Origin: a virus
Virus record (IMG/VR): IMGVR_UViG_3300045988_098585
DNA: 64,000 nt
Direction: 5' to 3' (one strand)
In this document: positions 53,777 through 60,875 of the stretch, in pieces
Layout of the letters: the number at the start of each line of letters is the position of its first letter
How positions within the stretch are numbered: position 1 is the stretch's first letter
Notes under the pieces: generated by a model
Seen by the model: only the letters and a program-made list of their open reading frames with translations
Told to the model about the DNA's origin: nothing
Database searches by the model: none
Position numbers and translations under genes: made by a program

Positions 53777-54009
53777 TTATTTATTTTGGTTCTGCTGGCA
53801 TTTCTCCCAGTACTCTTTATAATCTTGTTTCTCCTCCTCATTTGGCTGACATACCTCATAAGAAGCACCGCATTGCATACAATGATAGAAGTCCACTACT
53901 GAATCATCATCCTCGCTGCGGTCACCTGATGAATCCCAACAAATCACCCCCCACAATAAAAGCAGATAGGACGATATTTTGTTGGGCTTTCTTTTTTCCT
54001 CTTATTCAT
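53777..54009 (-). CDS. zinc-ribbon protein requiring a -1 shift at a G6 run (or a homopolymer miscall)
   Basis: ATG 54009: MNKRKKESPTKYRPICFYCGG then TGA (53946..53944). The -1 frame continues VICWDSSGDRSEDDDSVVDFYHCMQCGASYEVCQPNEEEKQDYKEYWEKCQQNQNK to TAA at 53779..53777. The G6 run is at 53952..53947. Confidence 0.45.
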
Positions 54010-54021
54010 AGGTAAAATAAT

Positions 54022-54612
54022 TTACTTCACATTGAGAATCTTTTGCTGCTGTAAGGAAAGTCGCCATTTAGGGTTAGCCTCTACGAAAGCAACTGTCTGT
54101 TTCAGAATCTCAGCATTCTTCTTCGCATCGCCTGTATCACAAGGCTGAACGTAGTAGTAATCTGCATCAATACCACAATCGGTAATTTCATGCTCACCAT
54201 CAAAGACAACCTTCACCTCAGTAGCAACCTTAATGATAGGTTCTGCGCCCTTAACGAATAAGCACTTAGGAGAGCAAGTAACCCAGTTGATACCACCTGG
54301 AATCTTGTGCGTTCCGTTGGTTTCAATAGCAATATAGTATCCCCAATTATGGAGAAGGGTAGTAAGCTCCTCATCAACTTGCAATGTAGGCTCACCGCCC
54401 GTAAAGACAACGAATTTACAATCGGGTGAAAGTAACTGAATCTTATCCAGAATATCAATAGCTCCCATTTCCTCATACTTCTTAAAATCAGTATCACAGA
54501 AAGGGCACTTTAAATTACAACCCGAGAAGCGGACGAAGATAGCCGCTCTGCCAGCGTGTCTTCCCTCACCTTGAATAGAGTAGAAGATTTCGTTTACCTT
54601 GTACTTAGCCAT
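54022..54612 (-). CDS. queE: 7-carboxy-7-deazaguanine synthase QueE (radical SAM)
   Basis: YSIQGEGRHAGRAAIFVRFSGCNLKCPFCDT (Cx3Cx2C). Confidence 0.9.
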   Translation of the reverse strand: MAKYKVNEIFYSIQGEGRHAGRAAIFVRFSGCNLKCPFCDTDFKKYEEMGAIDILDKIQLLSPDCKFVVFTGGEPTLQVDEELTTLLHNWGYYIAIETNGTHKIPGGINWVTCSPKCLFVKGAEPIIKVATEVKVVFDGEHEITDCGIDADYYYVQPCDTGDAKKNAEILKQTVAFVEANPKWRLSLQQQKILNVK

Positions 54613-54971
54613 TAGAGAGCCTCCTTTCCGTCAATCATCTTATCAACACAATAAACGGCGATATTGCCTTCACTCTCCTGTACCTGTGCCTTGTAGCACT
54701 CTGGGAACTGCTCAGTAACCCACTTCGCAATATTCTCAGCGGTAGGATTGAAAGGCAAAAGCTCATTAAGATTTCCGTGGTCGAGATAACCATGAATCTT
54801 CTGTTTAAGATGCTTAAAATCCATCACCATACCATCCTCGTTCAGCTTTTCAGCCTTGCAGTAGACAGTAATAATCCAATTATGACCATGAAGATTGGCA
54901 CACTTGCTTTCATAAGAGAGATTCAGCTTATGACAAGCGGCAATCTCCATTCTTTTTGAAACGTAATACAT
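54612..54971 (-). CDS. queD: 6-carboxy-5,6,7,8-tetrahydropterin synthase QueD
   Basis: AACHKLNLSYESKCANLHGHNWIITVYC...DFKHLKQKIHGYLDHGNLNE (PTPS-family His/Cys motifs). Confidence 0.85.
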   Translation of the reverse strand: MYYVSKRMEIAACHKLNLSYESKCANLHGHNWIITVYCKAEKLNEDGMVMDFKHLKQKIHGYLDHGNLNELLPFNPTAENIAKWVTEQFPECYKAQVQESEGNIAVYCVDKMIDGKEAL

Positions 54972-54988
54972 AATTTCCTTTCTTTTAC

Positions 54989-55019
54989 TTTGTTATTTCA
55001 ATTTTTATTCTTAATTTTG
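54989..55019 (+). promoter_or_regulatory. canonical early-class promoter pointing opposite to the que genes
   Basis: TTTG 54989..54992, N19, TAATTTTGCGA 55012..55022. Confidence 0.55.
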
Positions 55020-55025
55020 CGACCG

Positions 55026-55120
55026 AGAAGAATAAATCGAGTGGGTCAGTACACTGGCTGCTCGATTTCACGCTTATTCTTCAAAGGCAAAGAGGTGTAC
55101 CTGCTTTGCCGTTTTTTTTA
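55026..55120 (+). ncRNA. candidate ~95-nt sRNA antisense to the queC-queD intergenic mRNA
   Basis: Downstream of the promoter: a long hairpin GAAGAATAA-ATCGAG..CTCGAT-(bulge)-TTATTCTTC (55027..55082), then the terminator GGCAAAGAGG-TGTA-CCTGCTTTGCC followed by G and T8 (55086..55119). Confidence 0.45.
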
Positions 55121-55660
55121 TCAAAGCTTATGGCGATGAACATTGCCTGATAAGCCAACAACAATAACTTCTTTTAAGCTACCTCTTTCATTTCCTTTTG
55201 CATGAGTGAGATACATAGAAATCTGGTCTTTGACATATTCCTTTGTCATAGCCTTAGTGTTCTGTATGAGGATAGCAACCTCTGCTCCTTGCTTTGCAGC
55301 ACCCTTCAAGCTATTCTCTACCTTATAGGCACTCGCCGAATTGATGGTTTTCATATCCATCACGGAATGCTCTTTGAAGCCATCAGTCTTCTTCGCTCCC
55401 GTAATATATGAGTTTTCGCTCATCAAATATACACGATAACCCTTTTTGGCAAGAACTTCTGCGGCATACATTTCCTTGTTGATATTCGGGTCAGCAATCT
55501 TATTATGGTCGTTATGTACCACATAATAACCGCCGCTTTTATCGAAATAGCTATCTTTATAGTTGCCCGTAGAGACGATGGCTTGAAATTCTGATTCTCT
55601 CTTAGCCATCGTCTTAGGGTTACCCGAATAGTTTCGTGTACCTCCACTTGCCTTACTCAT
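55121..55660 (-). CDS. small protein with PD-(D/E)xK-like/toxin-like C-terminal motif, inserted between queC and queD
   Basis: Start taken at ATG 55660 (MSKASGGTRN), overlapping the queC stop by 8 nt. KKTDGFKEHSVMDMKTI...AAKQGAEVAILI suggests a D..D-x-K motif. The longer track ORF 55121..55873 overlaps queC and was rejected. Confidence 0.4.
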   Translation of the reverse strand: MSKASGGTRNYSGNPKTMAKRESEFQAIVSTGNYKDSYFDKSGGYYVVHNDHNKIADPNINKEMYAAEVLAKKGYRVYLMSENSYITGAKKTDGFKEHSVMDMKTINSASAYKVENSLKGAAKQGAEVAILIQNTKAMTKEYVKDQISMYLTHAKGNERGSLKEVIVVGLSGNVHRHKL

Positions 55661-56309
55661 CCTCGTATTCAGTTGGGTCAGGGATACCAGCATCACGGAG
55701 AGCTTCCTTGCGTTCCATACAAGTACCACACTTACCACAATGCTTCTCACCGCCTTTATAGCAGCTCCAAGTTTCAGCGTAGTTAATACCAAGCTTCTTG
55801 CCGTGGCGAGCAACATCTGTTTTCGTAATGTTGGTGTAAGGAGCATCAATGCTGATACCCTCGTAAGTACCATTCTTCATTGCCTCTGACATGGCATCAA
55901 TAAAGCCCTTGCGGCAGTCTGGATAAATAGCGTGGTCGCCGAAATGGTTAGCAATAAGCACCTTCTTCAATCCATTACTCTCTGCGATACCGCAAGCGAT
56001 AGAGAGCATGATGCCGTTACGGAATGGAACTACGGTTGATTTCATATTCTCATCATCGTAATTACCTTCGGGGATAGCTTCTGCACCTTCGAGGAGAGAA
56101 GATTTGAAATAATCGTGAATAAAGTTGAGTGGAATAACAATATGCTTGATACCCAGTCGCTCACAATGCAACTTAGCAAAAGGAATCTCCTTCTGATTAT
56201 GATTAGAGCCATAATCAAAAGAAATAGCAAGAGCAATGCTCTCTTTCTTTTCATACAGGAGAGTTACTGAGTCCATACCTCCTGATACAATAATTAATGA
56301 ATCTTTCAT
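55653..56309 (-). CDS. queC: 7-cyano-7-deazaguanine (preQ0) synthase QueC
   Basis: PP-loop IIVSGGMDSVT. C-terminal zinc site WSCYKGGEKHCGKCGTCMERKEAL. Confidence 0.9.
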   Translation of the reverse strand: MKDSLIIVSGGMDSVTLLYEKKESIALAISFDYGSNHNQKEIPFAKLHCERLGIKHIVIPLNFIHDYFKSSLLEGAEAIPEGNYDDENMKSTVVPFRNGIMLSIACGIAESNGLKKVLIANHFGDHAIYPDCRKGFIDAMSEAMKNGTYEGISIDAPYTNITKTDVARHGKKLGINYAETWSCYKGGEKHCGKCGTCMERKEALRDAGIPDPTEYEDE

Positions 56310-56337
56310 AACTAATTAAAATTTAAATATTTATCTT

Positions 56338-57198
56338 TTATAATCTTGCACGGGCGTACTTCATAAAGCGTACCCACTCGCTGAAATTATGTGCAGCAAC
56401 CAACTTTGAGCGAAGTTTCTTGCCCTCAGGTGCTTTGGTTTTATCCATAGTTCCGTTCTTGGCATTGAACTTATATATAGAACCGCTCATATTACCATAA
56501 AGCCAAGCTGTAGAATCCACGGAATCAAAGTGATACGTATGCAATCCTCTGATATTTGTATATCCAAGGGCATGTATCTTGCAGCCATATTTATGTGCTG
56601 TCTTCACGAACCAAGGAAATAACTTCTCATATTTATTGATAGGTATTTCTTTGGTTACGATACCACCGATAGCCACATAAGGGTAATTCTTGCACATTTC
56701 AACAAAATACTCTTTCCCTCGTGACTTATGCCAAACGGGGATAGGCTTACGTCCACTTAATCTTTCGAGCTTTTCACGAAGTCTTTCAACCTCCTTGATA
56801 CCAACAACTGAATCAATATCAAGCTCAAAGAAATTCTTTACGTTCCATTTCTTAATGAATGCAGCATATCCTTCCACGTATTTATCGAAATTAACTACAC
56901 CTGCTCCCGACATAAATGTGAAAGCACCACTATCTAATAGGAAATTCTGAAAATTGCCTATCAATCGAGGAAACTCTTTATTATTCTGTAGATAATAGTA
57001 AGTTTCCAAGATATTTAATCCTTCCCAATCGGCATCCTTGCCGTTCTTTACTGGGTGTTCACCTGCTAAAAAAACTTCCATAGCCTTTTCATAAACATAG
57101 GGTCTGCTTAAAGTCCCTGCTATATATAATTCTATACTGACACTTTTCCAAAACTTACTAAGATTTCCAGTAAGCCCCCCCGCAAGATAGACTTCCAT
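56338..57198 (-). CDS. dpdA: DpdA-family DNA-guanine transglycosylase (TGT-like)
   Basis: FLLDSGAFTFM, YVAIGGIV, IHALGYT and FDSVDSTAW match phage DpdA/TGT motifs. An alternative start at ATG 57081 (MEVFLAGE) duplicates the first start (MEVYLAGG). A G7 run sits at 57181..57175. Confidence 0.8.
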   Translation of the reverse strand: MEVYLAGGLTGNLSKFWKSVSIELYIAGTLSRPYVYEKAMEVFLAGEHPVKNGKDADWEGLNILETYYYLQNNKEFPRLIGNFQNFLLDSGAFTFMSGAGVVNFDKYVEGYAAFIKKWNVKNFFELDIDSVVGIKEVERLREKLERLSGRKPIPVWHKSRGKEYFVEMCKNYPYVAIGGIVTKEIPINKYEKLFPWFVKTAHKYGCKIHALGYTNIRGLHTYHFDSVDSTAWLYGNMSGSIYKFNAKNGTMDKTKAPEGKKLRSKLVAAHNFSEWVRFMKYARARL

Positions 57199-57205
57199 TT
57201 CTCTA

Positions 57206-57877
57206 TTATTTTATTTCCACACCTTCGTATTCGGAAACGGCAGACTTGATAATCTCCTTAATCTCATCTACCTTATCTTCCAACTCTTGTGGAATATGGA
57301 CGGAGAGCTTAATATCTTTGGCTTTACTCTCGGTATTTTGAGCATCCTCGAATAGCTCATCAATATTGGTATCATCCTCATCGGTGTTGAGGAAAGAGCA
57401 ATCAACGCCCCAATCCTGCAAATCATCGGTTTCCCATTCACCATTAGCAAGCTCATCCCAATCCCAATTACCAGCTTGCACGTTATCCTTGATAGCATAC
57501 TCCTTGATTTTTTCAATAGGCGTATCTGCTTTGAGGATAACACAAGGCATGGTATCGAACTCAGAATGACCATCAAGGCGAAGCTCATTGGCGACACGAA
57601 GGCGCATATTTCCACAAATTGTGACATATTTACCGTTATCCATAGCATAAACCATTAATGGTTTATACTCCAAAAACTCAGGGCTATCTATTAAAGACTT
57701 CTTTAATTTTTCACCTTCATCATCATGTAACCATCGAGGGTTTTTCGACAAACCTTCAATCTGCCCTTCGTTATATTCAAGCTTTGTAATGTCTATCATT
57801 TCACGGAACCCCAATTTTACAAGAAGCTCATCCTTTGCGATGGCTGGGTTCTGTGATATTTTCTTTAATCTTGCCAT
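57206..57877 (-). CDS. ParB N-terminal-domain protein (DpdB-like candidate)
   Basis: EYKPLMVYAMDNGKYVTICGNMRLRVANEL resembles a ParB/Srx fold with an acidic C-terminal tail. Lies 7 nt upstream of dpdA. Confidence 0.55.
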   Translation of the reverse strand: MARLKKISQNPAIAKDELLVKLGFREMIDITKLEYNEGQIEGLSKNPRWLHDDEGEKLKKSLIDSPEFLEYKPLMVYAMDNGKYVTICGNMRLRVANELRLDGHSEFDTMPCVILKADTPIEKIKEYAIKDNVQAGNWDWDELANGEWETDDLQDWGVDCSFLNTDEDDTNIDELFEDAQNTESKAKDIKLSVHIPQELEDKVDEIKEIIKSAVSEYEGVEIK

Positions 57878-57904
57878 AACTTTACCATTTAATAATTATT
57901 ATTG

Positions 57905-57912
57905 CAAAGTTA
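57905..57912 (-). promoter_or_regulatory. -7 box (TAACTTTG on minus strand) upstream of ParB-like/dpdA operon
   Basis: CAAAGTTA on plus, 28 nt upstream of ATG 57877. Confidence 0.4.
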
Positions 57913-58015
57913 CGGAGATTATTAATGTTTTAATAGCGAATAATAACTTCTGTATAAACAAATTAATTTTAACTAATAGCTTCTTATGATTATTTTTAGA
58001 CACTATGCTGTTTAT

Positions 58016-58054
58016 ACAAATAAGAAAAGCAGCTACCTATCACAGGCGGCTGCT
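58016..58054 (-). terminator. intrinsic terminator after the DUF4417-like gene
   Basis: Minus strand AGCAGC..GCTGCT followed by TTTTCTTATTTG. Confidence 0.6.
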
Positions 58055-58197
58055 TGTAGATAAAATAGTAAACTATTATTTTAGATAACCAAATCTTAAC
58101 TAATACAATTATTATTACAACACATTTAAAACCTGATGCAAAGGTACAAAAGAAAGCGAGATACAGCAAATAAATGCCATATCTCGCATAAACAACT

Positions 58198-58962
58198 CTA
58201 CTTACTCTGTATTTGTTTAGAGTTTTCAGAACGGAAATCCTCTAACTGATGTGTAAAAGGTGTTATCTTATCAAGTTGTTTCTTTACAGAAAACTCTTCA
58301 CCCAAGAATGCGATGCCTTCATGTATCTTTTGTAAGGCTGCGAGTTTTTTCTTTGTTGTAACAACGGGATTAATATAGATACAATTATTCTCTTGGGCGA
58401 ACCGCCGACATGTATCGCCACCTCCGTATATAACAAAAAGTGGTTCTTTCCCGTTCGCCCAATCCTTTGCGATAGAATACTCGAAGGCAAGATTATTCAG
58501 CCTATCTGAATATCCACGAGTAGCGAAAGCACGCCATCCACGAGGTACGCCTATCATATTGAGCTGGTAGAATTTCTGCGCAACGTTAAGGTCTACGAAT
58601 ACACCAATACCTTTGCCTTGCATACAACGGGCAATCCAACGTTTCTTGTAGATAGCCTGTAAGCCGAACGATACTGGCATCTCGTTATAGAGCGAAAAAT
58701 TCGGTTCAACGATAACGGCAGGATGATGTTGCAATATCTTTTCAGGGTGCTCGTAGATAGCTGAGAAGCGGTAATCATCGGTATAGAAGTGTAAAGAGCC
58801 AGCTCCGTAAAGATTAAAGGTTCTTCTCTGCTCGCCAAAACAAAGGAAAGGAGTTTGACACTCCTTGGCTTGCATATCAATGTCGAGGGTCGGGATTTCT
58901 AAGTCATTGTCCGTTGGGAAAAGTTGGTCGGGAAGAATCATTTCATAATCATTTCTTTTCAT
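58198..58962 (-). CDS. DUF4417-like protein
   Basis: LHFYTDDYRFSAIYEHPEKILQHHPAVIVEPNFSLYNEMP...YKKRWIARCMQGKGIGVFVDL resembles DUF4417 as I recall it. Confidence 0.5.
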   Translation of the reverse strand: MKRNDYEMILPDQLFPTDNDLEIPTLDIDMQAKECQTPFLCFGEQRRTFNLYGAGSLHFYTDDYRFSAIYEHPEKILQHHPAVIVEPNFSLYNEMPVSFGLQAIYKKRWIARCMQGKGIGVFVDLNVAQKFYQLNMIGVPRGWRAFATRGYSDRLNNLAFEYSIAKDWANGKEPLFVIYGGGDTCRRFAQENNCIYINPVVTTKKKLAALQKIHEGIAFLGEEFSVKKQLDKITPFTHQLEDFRSENSKQIQSK

Positions 58963-59276
58963 TTTCTTGCATTGTTTAATATGTTAATAATTTGATTATA
59001 TATAGTTATTGTATATTTATCTTTTGCTTGTATATATTGTAGATATTTCCTTGCCTGATTGATAATGTTTGCCCTTGTACGACAGAGTAAGCGAGCCGCA
59101 CGGTCTGGATGAATACAATAATCCCTGCTGATAAGGCAATACAGACCTCTTAATGTGTTTAGTTTTACACTTTTAGAGGTCGAGCATAATTGCATAAATG
59201 TTACATCACCTCCTTTGCATACCGCTTTCATAATTTGGTCTAATATCTCGTATTGTTGGATTTGATTATATACCAT
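58959..59276 (-). CDS. DnaA C-terminal-domain-like HTH protein
   Basis: KSVKLNTLRGLYCLISRDYCIHPDRAARLLCRTRANIINQARKYLQYIQ resembles the Bac_DnaA_C pattern. Confidence 0.4.
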   Translation of the reverse strand: MVYNQIQQYEILDQIMKAVCKGGDVTFMQLCSTSKSVKLNTLRGLYCLISRDYCIHPDRAARLLCRTRANIINQARKYLQYIQAKDKYTITIYNQIINILNNARK

Positions 59277-59321
59277 ATCTCTTTATATTTTAAATTTGTG
59301 GAACTAATAGGTTTTATGTTG

Positions 59322-59329
59322 CAAAAGTA
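59322..59329 (-). promoter_or_regulatory. -7 box (TACTTTTG on minus strand)
   Basis: CAAAAGTA on plus, 46 nt upstream of ATG 59276. Confidence 0.35.
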
Positions 59330-59390
59330 ATAAAAACCTTTAATAAGACGTTATTAACTATTAATAAATTAAAAATATTTAATAATAAAC

Positions 59391-59421
59391 TTGCAGATTT
59401 CAACTTTTATTATTAATTTTG
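59391..59421 (+). promoter_or_regulatory. early-class promoter for 59575..60357
   Basis: TTGC 59391..59394, N19, TAATTTTGCGG 59414..59424. Confidence 0.55.
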
Positions 59422-59523
59422 CGGTGTGTTTAAGATATAACACTAATGCTTAATGAGCTTATGGGGAGCTTGGCAAGTGTATGATTTTGGATTTACGTAA
59501 GGTTGCAAAACCTACTAAATACG

Positions 59524-59566
59524 GAGCAGCAGAGAATCCCCATTTCTTTGCTGCTCTTGATTTTTT
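59524..59566 (+). promoter_or_regulatory. terminator-like attenuator hairpin in the leader, abutting start codon 59575
   Basis: GAGCAGCA..TGCTGCTC (8 bp) followed by TTGATTTTTT. Confidence 0.45.
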
Positions 59567-59574
59567 AAAGCATC

Positions 59575-60357
59575 ATGGAGATACGCAGAAAGATATTGAA
59601 CGATATGTATTGCAATCCCGAACAAAGGAAAGCAATCGCATTCTCCCTTTTCATAAAGACAAGGGTCAAATCTTCTGCCGTGCAAAGATGGAGCATCAAT
59701 AAGCTTCATGAAATCACGGGAGTAAGTGCCTGTGCTGTCCGCAAGCGCATTGATACCCTGAAAGCTTTGGGATTGATTGAGTTCACTGGCAAGAATAGAC
59801 GTTGTCTTGTCTTCAAGTCTTTAAAAAGTCATACCTCTCACAGGAATATTCTTATACCTAACATCGATTTTATTTCTAATAACGATTCTAAAAAGAATGC
59901 TTATGCTCAAAAAGTAAAGTTCATAGAAGATACCTTGTCTACTATGCTTATCATTGATGTACAGAGTCGTAAGAACTACGCTAAGCAAATGATTCAGCAG
60001 TCTAAGTACCCTAAAGGCTTGAAAGAGTTAAAGGCGGCCAAGAAAGCTTGCAATCGTTTTGGCTATGGCGATAAGTTCAGAGAGAATGGTATATCATATA
60101 AGTATATAGCTAAGAAATTAAGCGTGAGCGTACAGAAAGCCTTTGATTTAGTAAAATTTGCGGTCAAAAACGAGATTTTATGCAAATATAGAAACATAGA
60201 AAAGCGTTTTTTATCCTCTATTGACTATATAAAGGATATGATACTCAATAACTATACTTATACCAATGGAGGGGTTATCTGTAGAGTGTATGCCAACACT
60301 TATGAGGTTAAGGCTGGCACGCCTTCGGCTCGCTTCGCTGGTATGGTATATAATTAG
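59575..60357 (+). CDS. double winged-helix/HTH protein, paralog of 24080..24877
   Basis: See 24080..24877. WSINKLHEITGVSACAVRKRIDTLKALGLIEF. Confidence 0.5.
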   Translation: MEIRRKILNDMYCNPEQRKAIAFSLFIKTRVKSSAVQRWSINKLHEITGVSACAVRKRIDTLKALGLIEFTGKNRRCLVFKSLKSHTSHRNILIPNIDFISNNDSKKNAYAQKVKFIEDTLSTMLIIDVQSRKNYAKQMIQQSKYPKGLKELKAAKKACNRFGYGDKFRENGISYKYIAKKLSVSVQKAFDLVKFAVKNEILCKYRNIEKRFLSSIDYIKDMILNNYTYTNGGVICRVYANTYEVKAGTPSARFAGMVYN

Positions 60358-60411
60358 ATTATAAAAAACTAAGATTTTTGTTTAATAATTAAAACATAGG
60401 AGATACAAAAA

Positions 60412-60612
60412 ATGATGTCAGAAAAGCAATATCGAGTAGCCCGAAAGGGTATTGTCGAGCAAATTAAGTTAGCTCAGAAGTTACATTGCGTCAACCTTGA
60501 GAAGAAGCACAAAGCCGCGTTAAAGAAGTTGGAGCTACGTTTCCTTAAACCCGACGCAACGGGTTGTTTTGATTGGGGGGCAAGGGTGTCGAGTAGTTAT
60601 TATCACATATAA
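60412..60612 (+). CDS. hypothetical protein
   Basis: 66-aa ORF preceded by TAGGAGATACAAAAAATG. Confidence 0.5.
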   Translation: MMSEKQYRVARKGIVEQIKLAQKLHCVNLEKKHKAALKKLELRFLKPDATGCFDWGARVSSSYYHI

Positions 60613-60623
60613 TTAGTAAGGTT

Positions 60624-60875
60624 ATGGTAATAGTAAATTTTGAAATTGGGAACAAAGAATTTGAGGTACGTTCTATACGTGAATCAGGTTATCCACCAAC
60701 GAATAACGAGCGTGGCTCTATGCTGGTTGAGTATGATGTAACGACTTTCATGAATGGTCAGCCAATGACAAAGAAGTTCAATCAAAAGAAACGAGTTTTC
60801 TTTGACCTTGAAGGTAATGTTTATAAGGATAAGAAGAGCAACAAGGTGTGGTTCAATTTTTATAAAGCAAGTTAA
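60624..60875 (+). CDS. hypothetical protein
   Basis: 83-aa ORF. Confidence 0.45.
   Translation: MVIVNFEIGNKEFEVRSIRESGYPPTNNERGSMLVEYDVTTFMNGQPMTKKFNQKKRVFFDLEGNVYKDKKSNKVWFNFYKAS

Noticed and set aside
54972-55120. Possible preQ1 riboswitch upstream of queD on the minus strand.
   Set aside because: I could not find the short preQ1-I/II/III consensus features. The strongest signals (promoter, T8 terminator) are on the plus strand, so the interval is better explained as an antisense sRNA unit.
55121-55873. 250-aa track ORF overlapping the 3' third of queC.
   Set aside because: The N-terminal 71 residues are translated antisense-frame noise over queC (low-complexity V/L/T). An internal ATG at 55660 gives a compact gene with an 8-nt overlap typical of this operon.
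58139-58146. Extra minus-strand -7-like box (TACCTTTG) between the DUF4417-like gene and its terminator, which could define another small RNA.
   Set aside because: TAnnTTTG alone is expected about 30 times by chance in this window. Here there is no -33 element and no extended early-class sequence, so the terminator is more simply assigned to the upstream operon.
59481-59702. 73-aa ORF overlapping the leader hairpin and the start of 59575..60357.
   Set aside because: It is in a different frame from the paralog-supported gene and has no initiation motif. It may at most act as a leader peptide, so it is not annotated as a gene.
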